DNA of 20,000 nucleotides, from NCBI GenBank assembly GCA_013265495.1, contig MU057640.1, forward strand, positions 2,255,716 to 2,275,715, given 5' to 3'. Below the pieces are notes generated by a model. That model was not told the DNA's origin. It worked only from the letters and a program-made list of their open reading frames with translations, and ran no database searches. This DNA comes from Vicugna vicugna. Lineage: Eukaryota. This document shows, one piece after another, positions 1-9,815 of the stretch. Within the stretch, counting starts at the first letter, position 1; every line of letters starts with the position of its first letter. Made by a program: the position numbers and the translations under genes.

Positions 1-109
1 CACAAAATTAATCATTACAAGGGATGGAGTGTTAAAGAAGTTGCAGCCCTCTTTAATCTATCAAATGTATCACACTCTCTTAGCGAGATTATGGTGAGTA
101 TAAATTCGT

Positions 110-445
110 ATACAATGCAGGTGGTAATGAGAACTGGTAGAACCTCAATGAAGTGGAATTTGCTGATGTTCAGTGAAAATACGTATGTACTTAACCTTGA
201 ACCCAGCAATCTTTCTGGAACTCTATACTAAAGATATACTTCTTAACTTTGAAATTACTTTGGTATAAGCTTCTTTGGGGCATATATCAGCAAAAGATTG
301 GGAGCCACACCAATGCCTACCCATAGAGGACTACTTGAATAAAATATAGTACTTCCTCACAATGGATACTTGGCAACATTTAAAATGGATAGGCAAGATT
401 TACTTACAGTGATATGACATGATCTCCAGGACTAGTTCTTAAGGG
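110..445 (+). mobile_element. Old, highly diverged LINE-1 fragment (ORF2 C-terminus / 3' UTR start, L1ME/L1MC-like)
   Basis: Degenerate matches to L1 3'-end motifs: 'gaacccagcaat...ctggaactctatactaaaga', 'aatgcctacccatagaggactacttgaataaaatatagtac', 'gacatgatctccagga'. Boundaries approximate. Confidence 0.6.
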
Positions 446-1895
446 ACACAAACTTATCTACATGAGCTTTCCTGGAGGCTGACATCTTGATTGGATCATT
501 AACTCCAAGACCTAGCCCCACCCAACAGCCTGTACGGAAGCCTCAGGCTAAACAACATCAGGAGACTTTCTAAGCCACAAACAACTCTAGACATGGCCCT
601 ACTCACCAGAGGTCCAGGACCAAACTTCACCCAGCAGTGGGCAGGCACCAGCTCCTCCTGCCAGGAAACCTGCATAAGCCTCTAGTCTAGCCTCATCCAC
701 TAGGGGCAGATACCAGAAATAAGAAAACAACAATCCCAAAGGCTGTGGAAGGAATCCACAAACACAGGCCAGATTGTACATTGGGACCTGCTGCACCCTG
801 GCCCTTGGGTGACAAGAGAGGAGTGTACTGCTGGGACGCATAGGATGTCTCCCACAGAGGGCCACCTCTCCAAGGTCAAGAAACATAACTAACCTACCTA
901 AAAATACAACTAGAAAGATAGACAATATAAGGCAGCAGAGGAATATCTCCCAGGCCAAAGCACAAGATAAAATTCCAGAAGAAGAAATAAGGGATGAGGA
1001 GATAGGCAATTTACCTGAGAAAGAGGTTAAAGTAATGATGGCCAAGATGTTCAGAGCACTCAAGAGGAATATAGATGCACAGAGTGAAGTTTTTAGCAGA
1101 GTTTGAAAATATAAAGAATACCCAAACAGAGTTGAAGAATAAAATCACAGAAATGAATAACACACTAGAAAGAACCAAGAAAAGACTAAATGAGGCAGAA
1201 GGACTGATCAATAAGCTAGAAGACAGATTAGTAGAAATCACTACTGCAGAACAGAAAAAAGGAGAAAGAATGAAAAGAAATGAGGATAGTTTAAAAGAAC
1301 TCTGGGACAACATGAAGTGCACTAATACTTGCATTATAGGGGTGCCAGAAAGAGAAGAGAGAGAGAGAGAAAGGACCTGAGAAAATTTTTGGCGAGATAA
1401 TAACCGAAAACTTCCCCAACTTGGGAAGGGAAACAGTCACCCAAGTCCAGGAAGCTCAGAGAGTTCCACACAGAATCAACCCACAGAGGAACACACCAAG
1501 GCACATAGTAATCAAATTGACAACAATTAAGGATAAGGAGAAAATATTAAAACTAGCAAGAGAAAAGCAATGAATAACATACAAGGGAAGTCCCATAAGG
1601 TTATCAGCTGATTTTTCAGCAGAAACTCTACAGGCGAGAAGGGAGTGGCATGATATATTTAAAGTGATGCAAAGGGGAAACTTACAACCAAGAATACACT
1701 ATCCAGCAAGGCTGTCATTCAGATTTGGTGGAGAAATCAAAAGCTTCACAGACAAACACAAGATAAAAGATTTCAGGACTACCAAACCAGCTTTACAACA
1801 AATGTTAAAGGAAATTCTCTAGTCATCAAACTATAAGAAAAGAGAACAGATAGAAGAAAGAGAGGGAAAAAGAGAGAGAGAGAGACCTACAAAAG
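446..1895 (+). mobile_element. LINE-1 5' portion: partial 5' UTR + degraded ORF1 + short inter-ORF spacer; truncated at ~1895
   Basis: 5'-UTR-like GC-richer sequence (caggcaccagctcctcctgccaggaa, ggggcagataccagaa) is followed by ORF1 homology. The segment ends in 'gacctacaaaa', the motif that precedes ORF2 in the second L1 (3607-3618). Confidence 0.9.
927..1822 (+). pseudogene. L1 ORF1p pseudo-ORF (coiled coil, RRM, CTD), disrupted
   Basis: Start codon reads ATA at 927, then RQQRNISQAKAQDKIPEEEIRDEEIGNLPEKEVKVM. The ORF track piece ELKNKITEMNNTLE...LKELWDNMKCTNTCIIGVPE is typical ORF1p, and the end reads KPALQQMLKEIL* (TAG 1820-1822). Frameshifts and stops are present, including a (GA)n expansion at ~1350-1370. 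Confidence 0.9.
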
Positions 1896-2167
1896 ATTGT
1901 TTTGGCTATTCGGGATCTTTTTATTTTTCCTTATAAATTTTGGGATTGTTTGTTCTTGTTCTGTGAGGAATGTCGCAAGTATTTTGATGGGGGTTGCGTT
2001 GGATCTATGGATTGCTTTGGGTAGTGTGGTCATTTTGATAGTGTTGATTCTTCCAATCCAAGAGCAAAAGATATCTTTCCATTTCTTTATGTCATTTTAG
2101 TTTTCAGAGTATGGGTAACCTCCTTGGTTAAGTTTATTTCTAGATATTTTGTTGTTTTTGATGTAAC
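1893..2167 (-). mobile_element. LINE-1 ORF2 fragment in antisense orientation
   Basis: Reverse complement matches this window's own + L1 at ~6010-6320 (aagattgttttggctatt = rc of aatagccaaaacaatctt; attgctttgggtagt; attcttccaatc). It carries internal deletions. Confidence 0.9.
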
Positions 2168-2235
2168 AGAAATGTCTCTGCTGGTTATAAAATTCTGGTT
2201 TTTGAAGTTAAAAAAAAAAAAGTGAATGAAGGGCC

Positions 2236-2414
2236 GCAAATGGCAAAATAGCCTTCTTTTCTGTGGGTCAGTTGTTTCATTACATACATACTGCATCTCC
2301 ATTATCTATTCAACTATTGATGTGCGCTTAGGATGCTTTCATATCTTGGCAATTATAAATAATGTTGCTGTTAATAGCAGGGTATATGTATCTTTTTGAG
2401 TTAATTCTTATTTT
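2236..2414 (-). mobile_element. Diverged LINE-1 ORF2 C-terminal fragment
   Basis: 'gcaaatggcaaaat...tatctattcaactattgatg...atatcttggcaattataaataatgttgct...tatctttttgagtta' resembles the minus-strand L1 at 16800-16985. Confidence 0.75.
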
Positions 2415-2534
2415 GTGCTTGGCTCTGTTCCTTTGATAATTATGTAAGTTTAAAAAGCTCAAGCTCTAAACATTCTTAGAAACAATGAAAAGTACATATG
2501 TGTAAATTTAAAAATATATGTGCATTAAAAAAAA

Positions 2535-3075
2535 AGATCTATCAAGTCATGAAAGACATGGAAGAAACTTAAAAGACATATTACTAAATGAAAGAAGCCA
2601 GTCTGAAAAGGCCACAAACTATACGATTCCAACCAAATGACATTCTGGAAAAGGCACAGCTGCAGAAACAATAAAAAGATCATGGTTTCCAGGGGCTTAG
2701 GGAGAGGGAGGGAGGGAGGGAGGAATTAATAGATGGAGCACAAGGGATTTTTAGGGCAATGAAATTATTCTGTATGATACTATAGTGGTGGCTACATGTC
2801 ATTATGCATTTGTGAAAACCCACAGAATGTATAACATCAAGAGTGAACCCTAAAAAAAAAAGAGTGAACCCTAATGTAAACTATGGACTTTTGGTTGATA
2901 ATGTGCCCATGTTGGTTCATCGCTTGTACCACATATGCCACATGGATGCAGGATGTTGAGGGTAGGGGAGTATATATGTGTGAGTGGGGAGAGCTATATG
3001 CGAACTCTGTATTTTCTGCTTAATTCTGTTGTAAGCCTGAAACTGCTCTAAAAGAATAAAGTATATTTTTTTAAA
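2535..3075 (+). mobile_element. LINE-1 3' end, L1MC1/2-like
   Basis: Recognisable L1MC 3'-UTR motifs: 'aaatgaaagaagccagtctgaaaaggc', 'aaacccacagaatgtataacatcaagagtgaaccctaatgtaaactatggact', 'cctgaaactgctctaaaagaataaagt' followed by an A-tail. Confidence 0.85.
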
Positions 3076-3437
3076 AAAAGCTTCACATATAAACAAAAGC
3101 TAAAAGAATTCAGCACCACCAAATCAGCTTTACAATAAATGCTAAGGGAATATCTCTAGGTGGAAAAGAAAAGGCCACAACTTGAAACAAGAAAACTATG
3201 AAATGCAAAAGCTCACGGTTAAAGGCAAACATATAATAAAGGTAGGAAATCGTTCACACACAAACTAGGAGGAAAGTTAAAAAACAAAAGTAATAAAATC
3301 TGTATCCACAATAAGCAGTTAGGGAAGACACAAAACAATGAAATGTGAAATATGGTATCAATAACAGTAATCATGAGGGGATGAGGGTACAAATGCAGGG
3401 TATTTAAAATGCATTTGAAAGTAAGAGATCAGCAACT

Positions 3438-3445
<8 letters not shown>

Positions 3446-3471
<26 letters not shown>
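3446..3471. repeat. (CA)n microsatellite in the L1 inter-ORF spacer
   Basis: Uninterrupted AC repeat read directly. Confidence 0.95.
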
Positions 3472-3640
3472 TGCTATACTAAAACCTCATGGTAATTGTA
3501 AACCAAAAATCTATAATAGATATACACACTAAAAGAAAAAAGAATCAAAATATAACACTAAAGACAGCACCAAAGCACAAGAAAAGACAACAAAAGGGGG
3601 GGGGAGGATCTACAAAAACAAATTCAAAATAATTAACAAA

Positions 3641-6600
3641 ATGGCAAAAAAAACATACATAACAATTACCTTAAATGTAAACTGACCAAATACTCCAACC
3701 AAAAGATACAGACTGGATGAGTGGATATAAAATCAAGATCCGTATTTTTCTGTCTACAAGAGGCTCATTCACCTCAGGTCTACAGATACAGATACAGAAA
3801 GTGATGGGATGGTAAAAAGGTATTCTAAGCAAATGGAAATCAAAAGAAAGCTGGAGTATCAACACTTATATTAGACAAAATAGAGTTTAAAATAAAGACT
3901 GTTACAAGAGACAAAGATGAATTACATAATGATCAAGGGATCAATCAAAGAAGAAGATGTAACAATTGTAAATATATATGCACTCAACATACGAGCACCT
4001 CAATATATAAGGAAAATGTTAACACACATAAAGGGAGAAACTGACAGTAACACAATTATAGTGGGGGATTTTAACACCCCACTTGCATTAGTGGACAGAT
4101 CATCCAGACAGAAAATCAGTAAGGAAACACAGGCCTTAAATGATGCATTAGACCAATGGGCTTATTTGATATTTATAGAGCATTCCATCTGAAAGCAGAA
4201 TACACATTCTTTACAAGTGCACCTGGAACATTCTCCAGGATAGACCACATTCTGGGTGACAGAATAAGTGCTGGTAAATTTAATAAAATTGAAATCATAT
4301 CAAGCATATTTTCAGACCACAATGCTATGAGATTAGACATTATGAGAAAAGAACTATAAAAAAATGCAAACATGTGGAAGCTAAATAATATGCTATAAAC
4401 AACCAATGGATCATGGAAGAAATCAAAGCAGAAATTTTAACATACCTAGAGATAAATCAAATGGCACAAGGTTATGGGTTTGATCCCCAGTACATCAGTT
4501 AAATAAAAAATAACAATAAATAAATAAATAAACCTAATTACTCCCCCCCAAAACCAAACAAACAAAAAACCAAAATGAAACATGCAATCCAAAGCCTATG
4601 GGACACAGCAAAAGCAGTTCTAAGAGGAAAGTATAGGAATACAAGCTTAACGCCGGAAACAAGAAAAATCTCAAACAACCTAAACTTACACCTAAAATAA
4701 CTGTAGAAAGAAGAAACAAAACCCAAAGTTAGTGTAAGGAAAGAAATCATACAGATGAGAGCAGAAATAAATGCAACAGACTAAAAAAGAGAGATCAATG
4801 ACACTAAAAGCTGGTTCTTTGAAAAGATAAACAAAATTAAACCTTTAGCCAGATTCATCAAGGTAAAAGAAAAAGGGAGAGGGTCCAAATCAATAAAATC
4901 AGAAATGAAAAGGAGAAGTTACAAATGACAACACAGAAATACAAAAAAAAATCGTAAGAGGCTACTAAGAGCAACTGTACACCAATAAAATGGACAACCT
5001 AAAGAAGTGGACAAATTCTTAGAAAGGCACAATCTCCCAAGAAATGAATCAGGAAGAAAGAGAAAATATGAACAGACCAATTACCATTACCGAGATTGAA
5101 GCAGTAACTAAAAAATTCTCAACAAACAAAAGTGCAGGATTAGATAGCTTAACAGGTGAATTCTATCAACATTTAAAGAAGAGTTAACATCTATTCTTCT
5201 GTAACTATTCCAAAAAATTGCAGAGGAAGGAACCCTTCTGAATTAATTCTATGAGGCCACCATCATCCTGATACCAAACCAGACAAAGATATTGCAAAAA
5301 AAAAAAAAAAAAAGAAAAGAAAATTACAGGCCAATATCACTGATAAACATAGAAGCAAAATTTCTCAGCAAAATATTAGCAAATCAACTCCAACAATACA
5401 TTAATAGGATCATACACCATGATCAAGTGGGATTCAGCCCAGGGATACAAGGATTTTTCAAAATCTGCAAATCAATCAGTGTGATATACCACATTAACAA
5501 ATTGAAGAATAAAAACATATGATCATCTCAATAGATGCAGGAAAAGCTTTTGATAAAATTCAACATCTGTTTATGATGAAAACTCTCCAGAAAGTGGGCA
5601 TAGATTGAACACACCTCAACATAATAAAGGCCATACATGACAAACTCACAGCAAACATCATACTCAATGGTGAAAAGCTGAAAGCATTTCCTCTAAGATC
5701 AGGAACAAGACAAGGAAGCCCACTCTCACCACTTTTATTCAACATAATTTTGGAAGTCCTAGCCACATCAATCAGAGAAGAAAAGAAAGAAAAGGAATCC
5801 AAATTGGAAAAGAAGAAGTAAAACTGTCACTGTTTGCAGATGACATGATAATATACACAAAAAATCCTAAAGAAGCTACCAGAAAATTACTAGAGCTCAT
5901 CAATAAATTTGGTAAAGGTGCAGGAAACAAAGTTAATATACTGAAATCTGTTGCTTTTCTATAGACTAGAAATGAAACATCAGGAAAAGAAATCAAGGAA
6001 ATGATCCCATTTACCATTGTATCAAAAAGAATAAAATAAGTAGGAATAAACCTATCTATGGAGGCAAAAGACATATACTCTGAAAAGAATATAGTGTCTA
6101 CTGATGAAAAAAAAATTGAAGATGACACATGTGGAAAGATACACCATGTTCTTTGATTGGAAGAATCAATATTGTTACAATCAATGGCTATACTACCAAA
6201 GGCAATATACAGATTCAGTGCAGTCCTTACCAAATTACCAATGGAATTTTTCACAGAACTGACACGAAAAATTTAAAACATTTTATGGAAACACAAAGAC
6301 TCCAAATAGCCAAAACAATCTTGAGAAAGAAAAACAGCTGGAGGAATCAGGCTCCCTGACTTCAGACTATACTAAAAAGGTACAGTAATCAAAATGGTAC
6401 TGACACATAAACAGACGTATATCATTGGAACAGGATAGAAAGCCCGGAAATAAACCCACACACTTATGGTCAATTAATCTACAACAAAGGAGGCAAGAGT
6501 ATACAAAGGAAAAAGACAGTCTCTTCACTAAGTGGTGCTGGGAAAACTGGACAGCTATATGTGAAAGAATGAAATTAGAATATTCTCTAACACCATATAC

Positions 6601-7556
6601 AAAAATAAACCTAAAATAGATTAAAAACCTAAATGTAATACATATACTCTAAAACTCTTAGAGGAAAACATAGGCAGAACATACTTGGACATAAATCACA
6701 GCAGTATTTTTTTGGATCTGTATCCTACGGTAACAGAAATAACAACAAAAATTAGCAAATGGGACCTAATCCAACTTAAAAGCCTTTCACAGCAAAGGAA
6801 ACCATAAATTAAACAAAAAGACAACCAATGGAATGAAAGAAAATATTTGCAAACAATGCAACCAACAAGTTAATTTCCAAAATATACAAACAGCTCATAC
6901 AGCTCAATATAAAAAAAGCAAACAACCCATTCAAAAAATGTGCAGAGGATCTAAACAGGCTATACTACAAAGAAGACATATAGATGGGCGATGGGCATAT
7001 GAAAAGATGCTCCACATCACTAATTATTAGAGAAATGCAAATTAAAACTACAGTGAGGTGTCACCTCACACAGGTCAGAATGGCCATCATCAAAAAGTCT
7101 ACAAATAATAAATGTAGGAGAGGGTGTAGAGAATTGGGAACCCTCATACACTGTTGGTGTGAATGTAAATTGGTACAGCCACTATGGAAAACAGAATTGA
7201 AGTTCCTTAACAAAGTGAAAATAGAGTTACCATATGATGCAGCAATCCCATTCCTGGGCATATATCTGGAGAAAACTCTAATTTGAAAAGATACATACAC
7301 CCCAATGTTCATAGCAGCACTATTTACAATAGCCAAGACACAGAAGCAATCTAAATGCCCATCAACAGATGAATGGATAAAGAAGATGTGCAATACATAC
7401 ACACTGGAATATTACTCTGCCATAAAAAGGAATGAAATAATGTCATTGGCAGCGACATGGATGGACCTAGAGATTATCATGCTGAGTGAAGTAAGTCAGA
7501 CAGAGAAGGACAGATATCATATGATATCACTTATATGTGGAATCCAAAAAAAATGA
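3641..7556 (+). pseudogene. L1 ORF2p pseudo-ORF (APE endonuclease, reverse transcriptase, Cys-rich domain) with many stops and frameshifts
   Basis: EN motifs TIVNIYA, IIVGDFNTPL, FSRIDHIL, SDHNA; RT motifs [27 protein letters not shown] (ctgtttgcagatgacatgata, 5830-5850); C-terminal [21 protein letters not shown]. The true stop is probably somewhat before 7556. Confidence 0.95.
4464..4569 (+). mobile_element. 5'-truncated Vic-1-like camelid tRNA-derived SINE inserted into L1 ORF2
   Basis: 'gcacaaggttatgggtttgatccccagtac...aaataaataaataaacctaattactccccccc' + A-rich tail matches the recalled Vic-1 3' half. It interrupts ORF2 between 'tacctagagataaat' and 'aaatgaaacatgcaatccaaagcctatggg'. Confidence 0.85.
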
Positions 7557-7791
7557 CACAAATGAACTTATTAACAAAACAGCAACAGTCTCATAAACAT
7601 AGAAAACAAACTTACGGCTACCAAAGGGGAAAGAGGTGGAGGAGGGATAAATTAGGAGTTTGGGATTAATATATATAAGACAGATAAGCAACAAGGGCAC
7701 AGGGAACTATATTCAATATATTGTAATAACCTATAATGGAACTATATTCAATATCTGGTAATAACCTATAATGGAAAAGAATCTGAAAAGG

Positions 7792-7912
7792 AATATATAT
7801 ATATGCACACACATATATACACACACATACATATAGGAATATATATACACACAATATATATTGTGTATATATGTACAAAGGAATATATATATATACACAT
7901 ATATATATATAT
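7792..7912. repeat. Compound (TA)n/(CA)n low-complexity expansion inside the L1 3' UTR
   Basis: Read directly; it generates the spurious Y/I/C/V-rich ORFs at 7666-8053. Confidence 0.9.
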
Positions 7913-8585
7913 GAATCAGTTTGCTGTACACCTAAAACATTGTCAATCAACTATACTTCAATTAAAAGAATTAAAAAACACATGAGTCATTCTCTGATTT
8001 ACATTCTAAAATTAATCACACTGTCTTCTTGGTCCATGCTTCCTTATTTCTAAGGTTCCACTAGACACCCTTTTCTTTCTGTCTCTAGGTGATGCATTGT
8101 TACCATCTATTCTTAGAGTGCATCAAAGGGATGACCACAGAACGACAGGAGCACACAAGTAGAACACCTAGCATTTTACAAGGAAATGCTTTCCCAAAGA
8201 TGTGATGTTTAATCTCTTTTGAGAGAAAAAAAGGAGTTTTCCAAGGCAAGAGGGTTAGGGAGGTGGTAAACAGAATTTTGGGAATGGGAATTGATATGCA
8301 GAGGCATGATGCAGCCAAGTATATTTAAAACAGAAAATAGCTAGAGGATGCAAAGTATGCAAAGCGTAATGGAAAACTACAGCAAAAAGATTGTTTGATT
8401 CAGTTGACAAAGAGTGGCATTTAGAAGTTATCTGGACCATACACCGAGGGCATATGATTAGACATGTTTTCAAGAGACAAGACTTCCTGAAATACTGAGA
8501 ATAGACTTAGGAGATGGTAAATTGGGGACAAAAAGCTGGCAATGGACATGTATAAAAGTAGCATTACAAATACATATTCTATTGA

Positions 8586-8685
8586 TTTTTTTTCAATTTT
8601 TTTAAACAATGGAGGTACTGAGGACTGAACCCAAGACCTCATGTATGCTAAGCATTCACTCTACCACTGAGCTATACCTCACCCC
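8586..8685 (-). mobile_element. Vic-1-like tRNA(Ala)-derived SINE with intact tRNA head and target-site duplication
   Basis: Reverse complement: ggggtgaggtatagctcagtggtagagtgaatgcttagcatacatgaggtcttgggttcagtcctcagtacctccatt + A-tail, containing A-box TAGCTCAGTGG and B-box-like GGTTCAGTCC. Degenerate TSD acaaatacatattct (8566-8580) / actaaatacacatttt (8686-8701) at a TT|AAAA site on the minus strand. Confidence 0.92.
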
Positions 8686-8794
8686 ACTAAATACACATTT
8701 TAAATATTCAAAGTTCAATTTTGAACAAGAGCTGCAGTTGTTTTTAAAAGGAGGACTGAAGTATTCTTTTTAAATTTCCTAATTAATTTCATGC

Positions 8795-8898
8795 AATTAA
8801 TAATCCATTCAAATATTGTATATTAGGCAGGTATTGGGACACAATAGTGAGCAAAATAGTTAAAACAACCCTGCCCTTGTGAAGATTATATTCTGGTG
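8795..8898 (-). mobile_element. L2 3'-end remnant
   Basis: 'ccattcaaatatt...ggtattgggacacaatagtgagcaaaatag...ccctgcccttgtgaagattatattctggtg' resembles the antisense L2 tail. Confidence 0.65.
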
Positions 8899-9059
8899 TT
8901 CAAAGAAAATACTCCCAAGAGGATACCCAGACTGCCATATTAAGGCAAAGAGAGCAGATAAGCCTGCCTAGGAAGCAAAGGGAGCAGGGTCAGGAGTCTT
9001 TGTTAAATAACAATTTGTTTATACTTCAACAAGAGGTCATTATGTTCTCTCTTATGGTT

Positions 9060-9161
9060 ACCAAATAAACCCAACATGTTGGGTGGGACAAGCATTATTA
9101 CTATCCTTTTCAGATTTTAGAGCACAGTGTTACAATATGTAAGTAATTTTGCCAACTTTAC
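9060..9161 (-). mobile_element. Possible MIR core remnant
   Basis: 'attattactatccttttcagat...gtaagtaattttgccaa' weakly resembles the MIR core (attattatccccattttacagat...gttaagtaacttgcccaa). Confidence 0.35.
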
Positions 9162-9163
9162 TA

Positions 9164-9494
9164 TGTCTGTTGTTAGCAGTAAGCACTGTCACTATAGGTA
9201 ATCCTGTCCTACACATAATCATCTTCTGGACACTGATGAAATGTCCCATTGCACCACTCTGGAAGGTCACATTTATTGACCTAATGTCTACAGAGTTCCC
9301 CTGATTGCATGAACTGCATTGCAGTCTTTGCTTGTTCTATGCATTTCATTGGGAAAACATTTCCATGATTCCAAATCCCAGTCTCAGTCAAAATCACATA
9401 AATACCCAAATGCTGATAAATGAAATCCACTATGTTGACAACAACAGATATATCCTCTGCACTTTTGAGAAGTTACCTTGGGAATAAACGAAGA
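9164..9494 (-). pseudogene. Partial ADAM21 pseudogene fragment: two non-contiguous gene segments fused
   Basis: 9174-9331 aligns to 10471-10627 and 9333-9494 aligns to 11161-11323, each ~88% identical by hand count. It has in-frame stops (TAG, TAA) and small indels. Confidence 0.95.
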
Positions 9495-9603
9495 GAGGTC
9501 AGACTCACCCTTTGGTGCTCAGATATCTGTCCTCTGCTTTTCCCATGAGTCATATCTGTGCTCAAGAAACACAAAGAGGACTAACTCCGAAGGGAAATGG
9601 AGC

Positions 9604-9609
9604 TTTATT
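9604..9609 (-). terminator. Likely ADAM21 polyadenylation signal AATAAA
   Basis: TTTATT on the + strand, ~205 nt after the stop codon; it is the first canonical hexamer I see downstream of the CDS. Confidence 0.7.
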
Positions 9610-9815
9610 TGCTGCTTACATTGAACAGTAGATAGGAAGATGTCAGGAATTACCTTTGCTTGACAGCAATGTTCCTGATACCAACAGAAGGGAAGGTCTC
9701 TGTATTTCTCTGTAAACTGCCAGAAATGTGCTCAGTTTCAGGCATGGAATAGTATTTCTAATGCCAATAGATTAAAACTTAATAATGTATATGATATTAA
9801 ATTACAGGCATGTTC

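Larger units (their letters stand above)
3075..7978 (+). mobile_element. 5'-truncated LINE-1 (~4.9 kb): ORF1 end, long inter-ORF spacer, degraded ORF2, 3' UTR, A-tail
   Basis: ORF1 end KSFTYKQKLKEFSTTKSAL...TAG (3157-3159); ~480-bp spacer; ORF2 ATG at 3641; artiodactyl-type 3' UTR ending 'caactatacttcaattaaaa'. Confidence 0.95.

Noticed and set aside
599..1334. Minus-strand ORFs of 154 and 107 aa with hydrophobic, membrane-like composition
   Set aside because: They are antisense readings of the A-rich L1 5' UTR/ORF1; the F/L/S bias is a strand artefact.
1885..2167. Twin-priming 5' inversion as the explanation for the strand switch
   Set aside because: The segments converge tail-to-tail, the opposite of twin-priming geometry, and no shared poly(A) or TSD is visible.
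3641..7556. Active reverse transcriptase or novel RT system
   Set aside because: It is a standard L1 ORF2 broken into pieces of about 100 aa or less by stops, frameshifts and a SINE insertion.
7666..8053. Overlapping 60-94 aa ORFs
   Set aside because: They are translations of the (TA)/(CA) microsatellite in an L1 3' UTR.
8586..8685. tRNA-Ala gene
   Set aside because: The A-tail, TSD and broken stems identify it as a tRNA-derived SINE.
9069..9084. Perfect 16-bp palindrome ACCCAACATGTTGGGT (p53-half-site-like core)
   Set aside because: About 0.3 such palindromes are expected by chance in 20 kb; it mismatches RRRCWWGYYY at both ends and has no second half-site.
9325..9340. Relic junction as a spliced (processed) ADAM21 transcript
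   Set aside because: The upstream break is near CAG|GT in the gene, but the downstream break (…tttgtt|gcaaag) has no AG, and there is no poly(A) or TSD.
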